Source: a virus
Lineage: Duplodnaviria; Caudoviricetes
Strand: one strand, 5' to 3'
DNA length: 64,000 nucleotides
Virus record (IMG/VR): IMGVR_UViG_2576861733_000002
Span: 27,745-91,744 of that record
Under the pieces are notes generated by a model. It was given only the letters and a program-made list of their open reading frames with translations. It did not search any database and was not told the DNA's origin. Positions 9,473 to 18,225 of this stretch are shown here, piece by piece; positions within the stretch are counted from its first letter, which is position 1; each line of letters opens with the position of its first letter. A program made the position numbers and the translations under genes.

Positions 9473-9590
9473 AAAAAACCCCGCCGGAGCGAGGTTTTGA
9501 AATTTTTGCGATTGCTTTTAGTCGCTGCCATCGGAGCGCAGCTCTGCCAAGCATGAGGCAGTTAACCATTTCTCTGGCCCGTTTTCAACG
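9473..9590 (-). promoter_or_regulatory. Late promoter PR' and tR'-like terminator
   Basis: Just downstream of Q: -35 TTGAAA (9583-9588), then hairpin AAAACCTCGCTCCGGCGGGGTTTTTT. Confidence 0.55.
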
Positions 9591-9616
9591 TCACACCGCT
9601 TATAGAGCATTTTTTG

Positions 9617-10243
9617 CTAAATTTGATTTTCCTCGTCAATTTCCCGACGTACTGACAGAAAAGCTCTGGCCCTGAATATTTCCAGGCACCAGCGAACACG
9701 CTTGCGCGCCTCGCCTGTCGTCAGCCAGGGTGCCACAGATTGCAAATCGCGTGATATGTCTGAGATTTTGTTGCGGGTGGTGTAATACTGCATACCCACC
9801 ATATAAACAGGATCATCAGATTTAAACGTCTTAAGCATCACCTTTTCTATAAAATCCGCATCGTCCTTCCGGGCCGATGCCTCCAGCATTTCGCTGACGC
9901 TGTTCGCCCCCCAAAGAAGAGTTTTAGCGCGCGCCGTTGCCTGCGCTCCCCTGAAACCTTCTTTATGCGCCTGCGATATTGCCTCGGTGATGCGGGAAAG
10001 CTGTTTGTCAGACCAGCCGGATTCTTTAATATCTCCCCAAAGTCGGCGGCTGTTCGCGAGCCTGTATTCCGCGCGGGTTTTGCCACCAACACAATCCCCC
10101 CACACGGTTAAAAGTGACTTTATCCACGCTGACTGAATTGTTGCCAGCGGCGTGAATCGCCCTAAATAGCTCTTGCGCGGGGCGGCAGCTACAATTCCCA
10201 GTCCTGCAAAATGGTTACGGCGTTGGCGCGGTGTCATTTCCAA
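9617..10243 (-). CDS. Late antiterminator Q-like protein
   Basis: Last early gene before PR' and lysis; WIKSLLTVWG...RKRVRWCLEIFRA. Confidence 0.75.
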   Translation of the reverse strand: MEMTPRQRRNHFAGLGIVAAAPRKSYLGRFTPLATIQSAWIKSLLTVWGDCVGGKTRAEYRLANSRRLWGDIKESGWSDKQLSRITEAISQAHKEGFRGAQATARAKTLLWGANSVSEMLEASARKDDADFIEKVMLKTFKSDDPVYMVGMQYYTTRNKISDISRDLQSVAPWLTTGEARKRVRWCLEIFRARAFLSVRREIDEENQI

Positions 10244-10249
10244 TTCTCC

Positions 10250-11302
10250 TTACGCCAGAACGCCGAGCGCTAGCGCCCGGTCCAGCAATTTGATGATTAA
10301 CTCCGGCTGTGTGCCGTATTTACGTTCGAACGCAGCCACTCCGGCGTTACCGTGCAGTTCATCGTGATGTTGTCTACAGAGCGGGATGGTGAACGCGTCA
10401 TGTGCTTTAGTGCCAGTTCCGCCCTGCCCCCAGCCAATAAGATGATGTGGATCGTCGGCAGGATTGCCGCAGCATGCGCAGGGTTGAGTTTTTACCCATT
10501 CAAGGAATTTCGGATTTTCCCATCGACTGCGCTTGGGAAGTCTGAAAAGCGTTTTCGGAGCCACAGGATCAACAATCAGAGACACCACGGGCTTTTCGCA
10601 TACTGGTTCGAATCTGGTATCCAGAAGCTCAGTAACGCCGGGGGCAGAGGAATGTTCGGCAAGAATGCTTGTGGCCGGAACTGACGGGACAATGTCACTT
10701 TCAAGCATAACATCTGGCGTGATCAGTGCCGGTAGTTGTAATGCCTTCCGAGCCATATCCCCCGGAACCGCTGACAATACATCCCGGCAAAACGCCCACC
10801 AGCAAAGCTCTGGCAGTGTTAATTCATGATCATCCCTGAAATGAAGAAAACCACGCGCGGCGCGGATAACATATTCGGCGGCATTTTTACTGGCTATGGC
10901 AGAAAGTTGTTCGAGAGACTGCTCGCGCAGCTGGTTATCGCAACTCCAGCAAAGCCGAACCGCCGATGGTGGGTAGCGCAACGTTACCATCTCAGAGTGG
11001 TGATAGTCGGAGTGCGACCACTGGCAACCGGCACGCATTCCGCGTAACCAGTATTCAACACCGTCTACCCCGCCAGCAGCAGCAATAACTTTTTCGTTGG
11101 AAAAAAAAGGGGCCAATGCAGGATCTGCAATCAAGGGCTGGTGTGCTGGTGGAACTTCACCGCTGGGTAAGTGGGCCATATTGACTGGCTCCATCTCCAC
11201 CAGCACGCGCCCGGATGCAAAGAGCGACATCAGATGTTTGCCGGGTTTCAGCAATACGATGCCCATTTCCCTTGATATGGCAGGTTTCAGGAGAACACGC
11301 AT
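10250..11302 (-). CDS. DUF968-family protein (C-terminal HNH-like Zn domain)
   Basis: LCWSCDN, LTLPELCWWA, WVKTQPCACCGNPADDPHHLIG..PLCRQHH. Confidence 0.85.
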   Translation of the reverse strand: MRVLLKPAISREMGIVLLKPGKHLMSLFASGRVLVEMEPVNMAHLPSGEVPPAHQPLIADPALAPFFSNEKVIAAAGGVDGVEYWLRGMRAGCQWSHSDYHHSEMVTLRYPPSAVRLCWSCDNQLREQSLEQLSAIASKNAAEYVIRAARGFLHFRDDHELTLPELCWWAFCRDVLSAVPGDMARKALQLPALITPDVMLESDIVPSVPATSILAEHSSAPGVTELLDTRFEPVCEKPVVSLIVDPVAPKTLFRLPKRSRWENPKFLEWVKTQPCACCGNPADDPHHLIGWGQGGTGTKAHDAFTIPLCRQHHDELHGNAGVAAFERKYGTQPELIIKLLDRALALGVLA

Positions 11303-11655
11303 AAAGCATCCTCCTCAATAATAATCTGGCCAGATTCACCCCATAGTTTTGTTACCCGTGAATCCCAAATGTGCGCATCGTTTTCGAACAAAGCATCAAG
11401 GAGCGCTTTTTCAAGGTTGTCTTTATCAGGTTTCACCTGGTGTGGCTTCCCGTTCATCTCAGCACGCTTCTTTTTGCTCCAGCTCGCAGGCATCGGCAGA
11501 ATAAAGGTGATGTGCGCCCCGGCAACGGGCAAGACGACGCCACGGATCCGAACCTCATCGCAAAACGCACGATAGCGCATCACCTCCGGTCTTCTTTTCC
11601 ATTTATCAGAGCGGGTCATACGGGGTTTGCCCATCGGCACAATAGGATAAATCAT
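11287..11655 (-). CDS. rusA: RusA-like Holliday junction resolvase
   Basis: KPDKDNLEKALLDALFENDAHIWD motif. Confidence 0.88.
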   Translation of the reverse strand: MIYPIVPMGKPRMTRSDKWKRRPEVMRYRAFCDEVRIRGVVLPVAGAHITFILPMPASWSKKKRAEMNGKPHQVKPDKDNLEKALLDALFENDAHIWDSRVTKLWGESGQIIIEEDALCVFS

Positions 11656-11846
11656 GAGCGCCCCCGGAATTTTGAGTCACCGCGACGGGGCGCTTTACCT
11701 TCGGGCAAGAATGCGCTGACGTTCCAGGATAGATAGTCAGGCGATAGCGATTTCTCCGTTTCGACGCCTCTGGCTGTGTATCGAGCAACAAGCTCTTTAG
11801 CCTGGCTTTCTGTCAGGTCGGTGTGATGAAACCAGCCTTTTTTCAT
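11652..11846 (-). CDS. Hypothetical nin-region protein
   Basis: SD GGAGG; stop overlaps rusA start. Confidence 0.7.
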   Translation of the reverse strand: MKKGWFHHTDLTESQAKELVARYTARGVETEKSLSPDYLSWNVSAFLPEGKAPRRGDSKFRGRS

Positions 11847-11967
11847 GCAGCCTCCTGGTGGAGACAGCAGAAATCGCTGGCGCTGATAAACGTCAGTTTA
11901 ATGATGCAATATTGTGGGGTTTTCTGCGCCACGGTTTTCCCTCCGGGCGCAGCAGGTTGCCAGTTGT

Positions 11968-12210
11968 TCAGGCTGGCGGAGGCAATATATCAGAGATTGG
12001 GGAAACGCGGTAACCAGCACGTTCGAGCATCTGCATAAACAGGTTTGGGGTGCCTACAATTTCCGATGGAGATATTGGCCTGAAGCTGTACACATCCCCT
12101 TGCCTGTACAACAGCGCCTTACAGTTCACGGGCATGTCAAACGTAAACACCACGACCCCGTCATCCCGACGGACCAGATCGTAACTGGTCAAAACATCAC
12201 TTTCCACCAA
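11968..12210 (-). CDS. Hypothetical protein downstream of a LexA box (candidate antirepressor)
   Basis: Strong SD TAAGGAGG; SOS box about 105 bp upstream. Confidence 0.6.
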   Translation of the reverse strand: MVESDVLTSYDLVRRDDGVVVFTFDMPVNCKALLYRQGDVYSFRPISPSEIVGTPNLFMQMLERAGYRVSPISDILPPPA

Positions 12211-12315
12211 TCCTCCTTATGCGCCGTATCGGCGCGGACTCTTATTCTTCTGGCTCTAGGCCAGCAGCTAAACCACACCGGGGAGTTTTGCCAATGTGGT
12301 GAAGCGAGCATTAAA

Positions 12316-12335
12316 TACTGTTTATATATACAGTA
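12316..12335. promoter_or_regulatory. LexA (SOS) box
   Basis: TACTGTTTATATATACAGTA, near consensus CTG-N10-CAG. Confidence 0.88.
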
Positions 12336-12584
12336 TTTTAAAGAATCAGATATTTCAACACAAATTAAGAGGATGATATTTAAGATTTTTTTATTTTATG
12401 GTTACGTGTAATTTTCGTATGAAACGAAGCGTTTTTGAGATTAAATGGTTGATTTTGCAAAAATCAGAGGGGCGAAAATCTGGTATTCGCTCAACTCGTA
12501 ATCGGCTAATCAGATCGATTTAATGATATCGATCGAAAATATCGATCATGCCAGAAACAAAAAACCGTCACATAGTTGGCTCAG

Positions 12585-12839
12585 TTATTTTTTGTTGGCT
12601 TCAGCCATTTCTACGTATCTGGGGTCATTCGCCCGCGGCAGTTGCACGCTCACCTCCCGATAATGTTTCAGGCGCTCCAGGAAGTAATCGCGTAAATCTT
12701 CCGGCTGCTCTCGCATCACGACTTCCGCAATCACAGGCATGTTCATTCGTTCTTTGTACGCTACGCCGCTGGCGGCAAGATCCACATTAACCTTGTCGCG
12801 TTCTTCCTGCGGTTTGGCTGCTAAATTCCACTCAGACAA
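12585..12839 (-). CDS. hot: DNA polymerase III theta homolog (HolE/P1 Hot-like)
   Basis: [36 protein letters not shown]. Confidence 0.92.
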   Translation of the reverse strand: MSEWNLAAKPQEERDKVNVDLAASGVAYKERMNMPVIAEVVMREQPEDLRDYFLERLKHYREVSVQLPRANDPRYVEMAEANKK

Positions 12840-12912
12840 TTTACCACCCTCGTTTTGCCTAACACCTTACGGTAGGATAATTAAGTCTAAACCAGAAGGG
12901 ATAGTGTATCTC

Positions 12913-13374
12913 ATGAACTCGCCTGTTTTTATCACAATCCTCAGCGGTGTCACTGTGTTCATTGTGGGTCAAATCATTATGAAATGCGCTTTGGAACCAT
13001 ACGTAGCCTTCAAAGAACAAACTGGTAAAATCTCCTCACTTCTCTTGCGGGAACAGGCAAAAATAACAAATGGGAATGCAAATAACGAACTAATATTTGC
13101 ATTAAAAGAAGCCGCAGCGGTATTAATCGCGAAATCTAAAGCAATACCTTGCTACTCATCATTTTCAATGACAGGACTATTGCCGCCTTACAATAAAGTC
13201 ATTGAAGCTGCACAGTACTTGAACTTAATTGCATCACAGCTGGAACAATATAATACCCCAATAACCTCCCCTCCAGATTATGTAAAGATGTCGGTTCTTA
13301 AAGGCTTCAAAACTTACTTTTCAAAAATAAGTGACAATTTAAACATCGTTGTCACTTATGAGATTAAGCCATAG
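12913..13374 (+). CDS. AT-rich moron, hypothetical protein with N-terminal TM helix
   Basis: MNSPVFITILSGVTVFIVGQIIMK; opposite orientation to neighbours. Confidence 0.65.
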   Translation: MNSPVFITILSGVTVFIVGQIIMKCALEPYVAFKEQTGKISSLLLREQAKITNGNANNELIFALKEAAAVLIAKSKAIPCYSSFSMTGLLPPYNKVIEAAQYLNLIASQLEQYNTPITSPPDYVKMSVLKGFKTYFSKISDNLNIVVTYEIKP

Positions 13375-13392
13375 ATGGAAGTACGCGTGGAG

Positions 13393-13609
13393 CTACGCGG
13401 CTTCCACCTGCTTTGTAATGCACATCTCAGGGAGGTTGGCCCGTACCAGCGCCTCGGCGAAAGGGGGTGGCACAGCGTTACCACAACGCGCCACCGAATG
13501 GTTCGACGTAGCAACGATGCTCGGGAAAATAACTTGTGATCCATGATGCCAGGCGGAATTTGCCGCCGTGGTACCGGATGGCAGGATGTTTGATCGCCAT
13601 GTCACTCAT
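13393..13609 (-). pseudogene. Deletion chimera of an adenine methylase N-terminus and a cytosine methylase C-terminus
   Basis: HPAIRYHGGKFRLASWI..YVEPFGGA joined out of frame to VARCGNAVPPPFAEALVRANLPEMC. Confidence 0.85.
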
Positions 13610-14294
13610 GGCCTTCACCGGATTTGCTGGCAGCGCGGTCGAAGCGCTCAATCTCTGCCGCAATTAGTGCCGCAGCCTTAACCAGGTCGCGGCGGCGATT
13701 GGTAGGCTTCCACCAATCAGCAGCCCAGGGCCACAAGAAAGGAGGTTGTCTGTGCCACTCTGCAGAGTTCGCGTAGCATGTTGCAGCCTTGATGAGTTGA
13801 CCACCGCTGTACTGATCGTCATGCTCCGGCGTCCAGCCTTCAACACTCTGCTGGCGCTGGCGTTCAGCGATGATGTCTGATAGCGCAGGCGACAATATCG
13901 CCTCACCCTGCTGGACAGCCTGCACTAATGCCGTAATAAGTTGCGCCGTTGCGGTCGGCACGTAACGCGCAGCATGCTCAGCCGCAGCGATAAGTTGCTG
14001 ATTGGTCATAGTCGTAAATGCTCCCGGATTTGGTGTGGAGAAGGGCGCTTTACTTGTGAAGCGCTGATAATCGAAATCGATGGTCGCGCGCTGGTCGCGG
14101 AAAATTCCGCAGCGTCCGTGGCGTATGAGATTGCCTTTGCGAATGGCCTCGCGAATGTATTTCTCGGCGGTGCTCCGGTGCAGTTTGAACATATTCACCA
14201 CATCGCGAGTGGTCAGCCGACCGCGATACCGCGTTTCGTCGATGATCACGTTTATGCACGCTTCACGTTCTTCGGGGCTGTTTGGTCTGGACAT
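13602..14294 (-). CDS. DUF977-like HTH protein fused to an Ead/Ea22-like protein
   Basis: N-terminal HGRCGIF (DUF977-like); internal SD and ATG at 14009; C-terminal IAERQRQQSVEGWTPEHDD..WPW..RRDLVKAAALIAAEIER. Confidence 0.7.
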   Translation of the reverse strand: MSRPNSPEEREACINVIIDETRYRGRLTTRDVVNMFKLHRSTAEKYIREAIRKGNLIRHGRCGIFRDQRATIDFDYQRFTSKAPFSTPNPGAFTTMTNQQLIAAAEHAARYVPTATAQLITALVQAVQQGEAILSPALSDIIAERQRQQSVEGWTPEHDDQYSGGQLIKAATCYANSAEWHRQPPFLWPWAADWWKPTNRRRDLVKAAALIAAEIERFDRAASKSGEGHE

Positions 14295-14296
14295 AG

Positions 14297-14725
14297 TTAC
14301 ACCCTCCCTGCGCGTGCTTTCCGGTAGCATTCCTGCCGCAGTCGGGCTAAGTGCGCTACTTCCCGATCATTGCGCGCCAGAGCCATGATCTCCGTGTATT
14401 TTGCTGCGGCCCGGTTGTAACACCCTTTTTCCTCAAGTGCTTTAGCCGCCTCCATTTGCGGTACCATGATTTTCGGATCCGCCTTTTCTGCCAGGAATGG
14501 CAACTCAATGTCAGGAATATTCGCGCCCGGCACCACGGTGTATGTGTACTGAGTCCCGTTGTGATTACGCGCGAGAATTCCACGCTCCACCAGCTTACGA
14601 AGCTGGCTCCCTGCAGTACCCGGTGCGGTGTCGAATGCTTCACAGACATCCCCCAAAACACAACCGGGTTGCCCGGCAACGAAAACCGCCACGCGGTCAA
14701 TTTGTGTCACTTTTCTGTTGGTCAT
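14297..14725 (-). CDS. wHTH plus PerC-like regulator
   Basis: AKALEEKGCYNRAAAKY resembles the PerC motif. Confidence 0.65.
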   Translation of the reverse strand: MTNRKVTQIDRVAVFVAGQPGCVLGDVCEAFDTAPGTAGSQLRKLVERGILARNHNGTQYTYTVVPGANIPDIELPFLAEKADPKIMVPQMEAAKALEEKGCYNRAAAKYTEIMALARNDREVAHLARLRQECYRKARAGRV

Positions 14726-14738
14726 TGGTCAAAACTCG
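14719..14738 (-). repeat. 20-bp motif CGAGTTTTGACCAATGACCA, copy 1
   Basis: Exact copies at 16223-16242 (-) and 18644-18663 (+); contains the start codon at 14725. Confidence 0.9.
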
Positions 14739-14739
14739 T

Positions 14740-15411
14740 TTAGTTGATATACCCTGCCGCTTTGCGGCGTTTGTATTCCTCCCTCAGCAGCTCCGCTGGG
14801 GTTGGTCCACCAGGATTTTTAGGTCCGGCCAGTTGGCGCCGAACAGGTGGAATTGAGAATCCGTTCTGGATATGTTTCGCCCACTTCGTAAGTAATTTTT
14901 CTGCCAGTTTTTTTAACTCCTTCTCGGTCATCTGACGCTCTACTCCCGTTCGCCGCATTTCGATGCAAATGTGGTACAGCACTGGTTGCGGCCAGGGATA
15001 TTTATCACTGCCGGAAAAGCGGTACGACTCGTTGCGCCAGCGTTTGTATTCAGCCATCACCGCATCCGGAGTGAGACCAAACGGGTTAGCTCCGCTCTCC
15101 GAAACCAGGGCAACAAATTCAGCCAGGTCGGGTGGCCACGTGTTTCCGTCAGCACAGCGCTCCATGCACTGATTGCACACCAGAGTGATTTGCTTCTCAG
15201 TCATTGAACCGATCTGCGCAATCCACATAGCCGAAGGTTCCGTCCCGTTCTTCTGAGTCCATCGGTTCGAAAATACCTCTCCCATGACCTCCCACAGGCG
15301 CCATGCCGTCCGCGTCGCCTGCAAATCCGTTTTCTTGCTCCCAGCGTTCTCTGGCTTCTCGTATCTGCTGAACAGCTCTGGATGCTGTTGGTTCTGCTCG
15401 TACTCCCGCAT
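14740..15411 (-). CDS. Replication protein P-like (start uncertain)
   Basis: WPPDLAEFV motif; follows and overlaps the initiator gene. Confidence 0.7.
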   Translation of the reverse strand: MREYEQNQQHPELFSRYEKPENAGSKKTDLQATRTAWRLWEVMGEVFSNRWTQKNGTEPSAMWIAQIGSMTEKQITLVCNQCMERCADGNTWPPDLAEFVALVSESGANPFGLTPDAVMAEYKRWRNESYRFSGSDKYPWPQPVLYHICIEMRRTGVERQMTEKELKKLAEKLLTKWAKHIQNGFSIPPVRRQLAGPKNPGGPTPAELLREEYKRRKAAGYIN

Positions 15412-16189
15412 GGTTTTTACCTCCGGTTTCAGGTTGTTTTTTCGATCTCACCAGCACGACGTGCCGGGCAAACTTCTGCTCCCACTGGATTTGGGTAAAA
15501 ACTTTGCTTTCCGATTTCCAGTAGGCAGAGAACTCAGCCAGCTCCGTGGGCAGATAATCAGGCTCCGGAAGTTGTATTCCCCACTGGGCGGCGCGCTGAC
15601 GAAAATCTCTGGAGGGCAGCCAGTGTTCGGACATCGTGAATTTTCCGATCGGCTCATTGACGCCCTCCAGGTAACCGGGTGGCGTTGTTTCTTCCGGGGG
15701 GACAACTACCAGCTCGCCCGCGTTAAGAGAGGGGTTTTCTTTTAGATCTGTTTCTGTATCTGTATCTTTATTAGTTGAATTGCCGTTACCATTCTGTTCG
15801 AACGGGCTTTCAACACCCGTTGAACGCTCGTTACCGCTGCGTTGGTCCTTCGTTGATTTTTTCGCTTTTCTCGCTCTTGCTGAGGCTTTACCGGCTGCTG
15901 ACTTCTGATTTACAGAGGAACGGACAGCCTCCAGATCTCTTTCAATCCGTTCCTGCACCCACTCGGTGCCGTTGTCGTTGAAAAACTCTTTTAACGAGGC
16001 TTCAACGGCGCTCCAACGCTCGTTGCTTAGCCGTGCGATTTTTGCCAGACGGTTTTTGGGGATTGCTCGCCCCGTCTGCCAGTAATTGAACATAAGGAGC
16101 AAGTAGGCCCCATGCTCCTCCGTGGACAAATGCATGGTGTCCGCCAGGTAGTCAGCAATGTAAAGTTGCATGTAAGGCAGCGCGGCCAT
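15197..16189 (-). CDS. Replication initiator O-like (YdaU/DUF1376 plus DnaT-like domain)
   Basis: LPYMQLYIADYLADTMHLSTEEHGAYLLL; ELAEFSAYW..QWEQKFARH. Confidence 0.85.
   Translation of the reverse strand: MAALPYMQLYIADYLADTMHLSTEEHGAYLLLMFNYWQTGRAIPKNRLAKIARLSNERWSAVEASLKEFFNDNGTEWVQERIERDLEAVRSSVNQKSAAGKASARARKAKKSTKDQRSGNERSTGVESPFEQNGNGNSTNKDTDTETDLKENPSLNAGELVVVPPEETTPPGYLEGVNEPIGKFTMSEHWLPSRDFRQRAAQWGIQLPEPDYLPTELAEFSAYWKSESKVFTQIQWEQKFARHVVLVRSKKQPETGGKNHAGVRAEPTASRAVQQIREARERWEQENGFAGDADGMAPVGGHGRGIFEPMDSEERDGTFGYVDCADRFND
15740..15850. other. Putative replication origin inside the initiator gene
   Basis: Cluster of GTT(C/G)AAC-like repeats next to AT-rich AGATAC repeats. Confidence 0.45.
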
Positions 16190-16222
16190 GATTACTCCTG
16201 ATGCCCGGTTTCCCGGACGTGA

Positions 16223-16242
16223 TGGTCATTGGTCAAAACTCG
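16223..16242 (-). repeat. 20-bp motif, copy 2 (between cII-like gene and initiator)
   Basis: Exact match to copies 1 and 3. Confidence 0.9.
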
Positions 16243-16244
16243 AA

Positions 16245-16799
16245 TCAAAAACATTGCGGCGCCAGAGTGCTGAGCAGCGCCAGAGCTGGCTCGGAGATTT
16301 CGCGAGGAAGCATTGCATAAAGGGACGTAGCGGCTTCCCATATCTCTTTTTCCAGTCGATGCACTGGCGCGCCGAGTAGCTTTGCCTGGTGCGCTTCCCC
16401 ACATTCTTTAATTGCGCTGGCCACCAGCTCCGCTTCGGTTTTACCGGATCGGAGACCAAACTTTCGGGCAATTTCGATTGGCATTGCGGCTGCAATAGCG
16501 GGCAGGAGATGCATTACGTAGCGGTTATATTTTTCAGAGCCACCATCGTTACGGAGATACCGGAACAGGTTCATCTTGTTGACCGTGATCCCTCGCCCAC
16601 CGATGCGCTGCCATTCCTCAGCCACCAGCCGGGCGATAGTTTCCTGTGCATGCCCCGGTAAGGTTTTCTCCCATACGCGAACAGCATCAAATACGTTCAG
16701 GCGTTTCATATTGTCGCGGCGCCGCGGTTCAATCTGATTTTTTGATTTCAGAGGTGCAAAGGAGTGTTGGTTAAGATTGGACATACCGATCGTTTGCAT
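16245..16799 (-). CDS. CII-like YdaT-family protein
   Basis: Between cro and initiator; NLFRYLRN, AIKECGEAHQAKLLGAP. Confidence 0.75.
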   Translation of the reverse strand: MQTIGMSNLNQHSFAPLKSKNQIEPRRRDNMKRLNVFDAVRVWEKTLPGHAQETIARLVAEEWQRIGGRGITVNKMNLFRYLRNDGGSEKYNRYVMHLLPAIAAAMPIEIARKFGLRSGKTEAELVASAIKECGEAHQAKLLGAPVHRLEKEIWEAATSLYAMLPREISEPALALLSTLAPQCF

Positions 16800-16801
16800 G
16801 G

Positions 16802-17014
16802 TTAATCCCCTTCTACAGGTGGAAATACACTATCCAACGTGCAGGATCGCCCAAGCTCATTCAGCTTCCGCACGATCAGACGGCACTCTGGTAGCCCTGG
16901 ATTTCGAGTGCCGTTTTCATAATTGGAAATACGGGATTGTCGCCAACCAAACAGTTGGGCCAGTTCCTCCTGGGTTAACCCGAGTGCTTGGCGCTCTCTG
17001 GCAATATTGTTCAT
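16802..17014 (-). CDS. cro: Cro-like HTH repressor
   Basis: LTQEELAQLFGWRQSRISNYENG; divergent from cI. Confidence 0.85.
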   Translation of the reverse strand: MNNIARERQALGLTQEELAQLFGWRQSRISNYENGTRNPGLPECRLIVRKLNELGRSCTLDSVFPPVEGD

Positions 17015-17046
17015 GTTTTCCTCTCGTCTGATGTTTAACCGAATTA

Positions 17047-17108
17047 AACACAAGACGTGTTAGAAAGTCAAGACGATACGTATTTTGTTTAAAAACACGC
17101 TACGTGGT
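17047..17108. promoter_or_regulatory. OR operators (AACAC-N5-GTGTT)
   Basis: AACACAAGACGTGTT 17047-17061, AAGACGATACGTATT 17070-17084, AACACGCTACGTGGT 17094-17108. Confidence 0.75.
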
Positions 17109-17119
17109 AAAAAGCAGAA

Positions 17120-17503
17120 ATGAACATAAACACCTCGATTGCCTTAAGGCTGAAGCAAATCCGCGAACAGAAAGGAATTTCGCAAGCGAAGCTCGCTGAA
17201 TTGTGTGGGTGGGTGCAGTCACGTATAGGTAACTACGAGGCTGGGCGCAGAAATATTGGTGTCGATGATGCTATTACCATTTCCAATGCTCTCGGCATTA
17301 GCCCTTCCGAATTGATTTTTGGAGAAGATCATACGGAGAGCTGGCTAACACCAAGACATCGAAAACTGCTTTCTCTTTTTGATCAACTTCCTGAAGCTGA
17401 GCAGGACAGGATGATCGATACATTTCAGATACGTTTGAAAGAGATCGACGATTATGTCGAGCGATATCTCCGCGGGCGATTTAAAGCAGCCGACGAACAA
17501 TAG
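17120..17503 (+). CDS. CI-like repressor, HTH only (no S24 peptidase domain)
   Basis: ISQAKLAELCGWVQSRIGNYEAGRR; only 127 aa. Confidence 0.88.
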   Translation: MNINTSIALRLKQIREQKGISQAKLAELCGWVQSRIGNYEAGRRNIGVDDAITISNALGISPSELIFGEDHTESWLTPRHRKLLSLFDQLPEAEQDRMIDTFQIRLKEIDDYVERYLRGRFKAADEQ

Positions 17504-17600
17504 CTAAAGCCCTTGAAATACATAAAACCAGCCTCTGAGCTGGTTTTTTTACGTCCATTCCCCCCGCATCAACTCCCCAATCGCTACCACGCGAAAATAA

Positions 17601-17645
17601 AACACATGACGTGTTGACTTATAAACACGATATAGGTTTAATTAT
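17601..17645 (+). promoter_or_regulatory. OL operators and PL promoter
   Basis: AACACATGACGTGTT 17601-17615 overlapping TTGACT; second site 17624-17638. Confidence 0.7.
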
Positions 17646-17797
17646 TAACACAGACTGACATTACCCATCCAGGCAGGATGCCCACGTAAGTAGCTGCCGG
17701 CGGCATATGAAACACCGGATGAGATGGCTTTTTTACAAACACGCGCAGCAGGTTAGTTTCACCGTTCAGCAGCCCAGCTTACGGGCAAAAGAGGTTT

Positions 17798-18000
17798 TTA
17801 TGTCTAAAGCACACAATATCCCGAACAGCGGGCGCGCCGTGCCGATGCGGAATTGCCGCACCGGAGCTGCATGGCTCGTTTCGTTCGATTACCGCGATAA
17901 CACCTACTGGCATGAACCGCAGGGCAATCTGCGTTTTATTCGCCGCCCGTATGCCGCACATTCTCTTGAACCGAACCTTGAACCAGCAGGGACACACTAA
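17798..18000 (+). CDS. Kil-like early protein
   Basis: IPNSGRAVPMRNCRTGAAW; first PL gene; SD GAGG. Confidence 0.55.
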
Positions 18001-18191
18001 TGGGGACGCTTTTCGCTTTGGTTCTTACCGTCGCCATGACGAATGGTGACTATCAGGATCTGATAATTGGAGTGTATGACACTGAAGCTCAATGCAAACG
18101 GGAGGCTCAGGAGCAACAAATCCCCCCTGACTGCTTTCCGGTAGAGAAGATTATTTCGGCTGACGACCAACAGCCAGCAGTGAAGATGTAA
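18000..18191 (+). CDS. DUF1482/YebW-like protein
   Basis: LFALVLTV..IIGVYDTEAQC..EQQI..CFPVEKII. Confidence 0.75.
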   Translation: MGTLFALVLTVAMTNGDYQDLIIGVYDTEAQCKREAQEQQIPPDCFPVEKIISADDQQPAVKM

Positions 18192-18225
18192 GCGAGTTTT
18201 GATCAGCGTCTAACCGGAGTGAATT

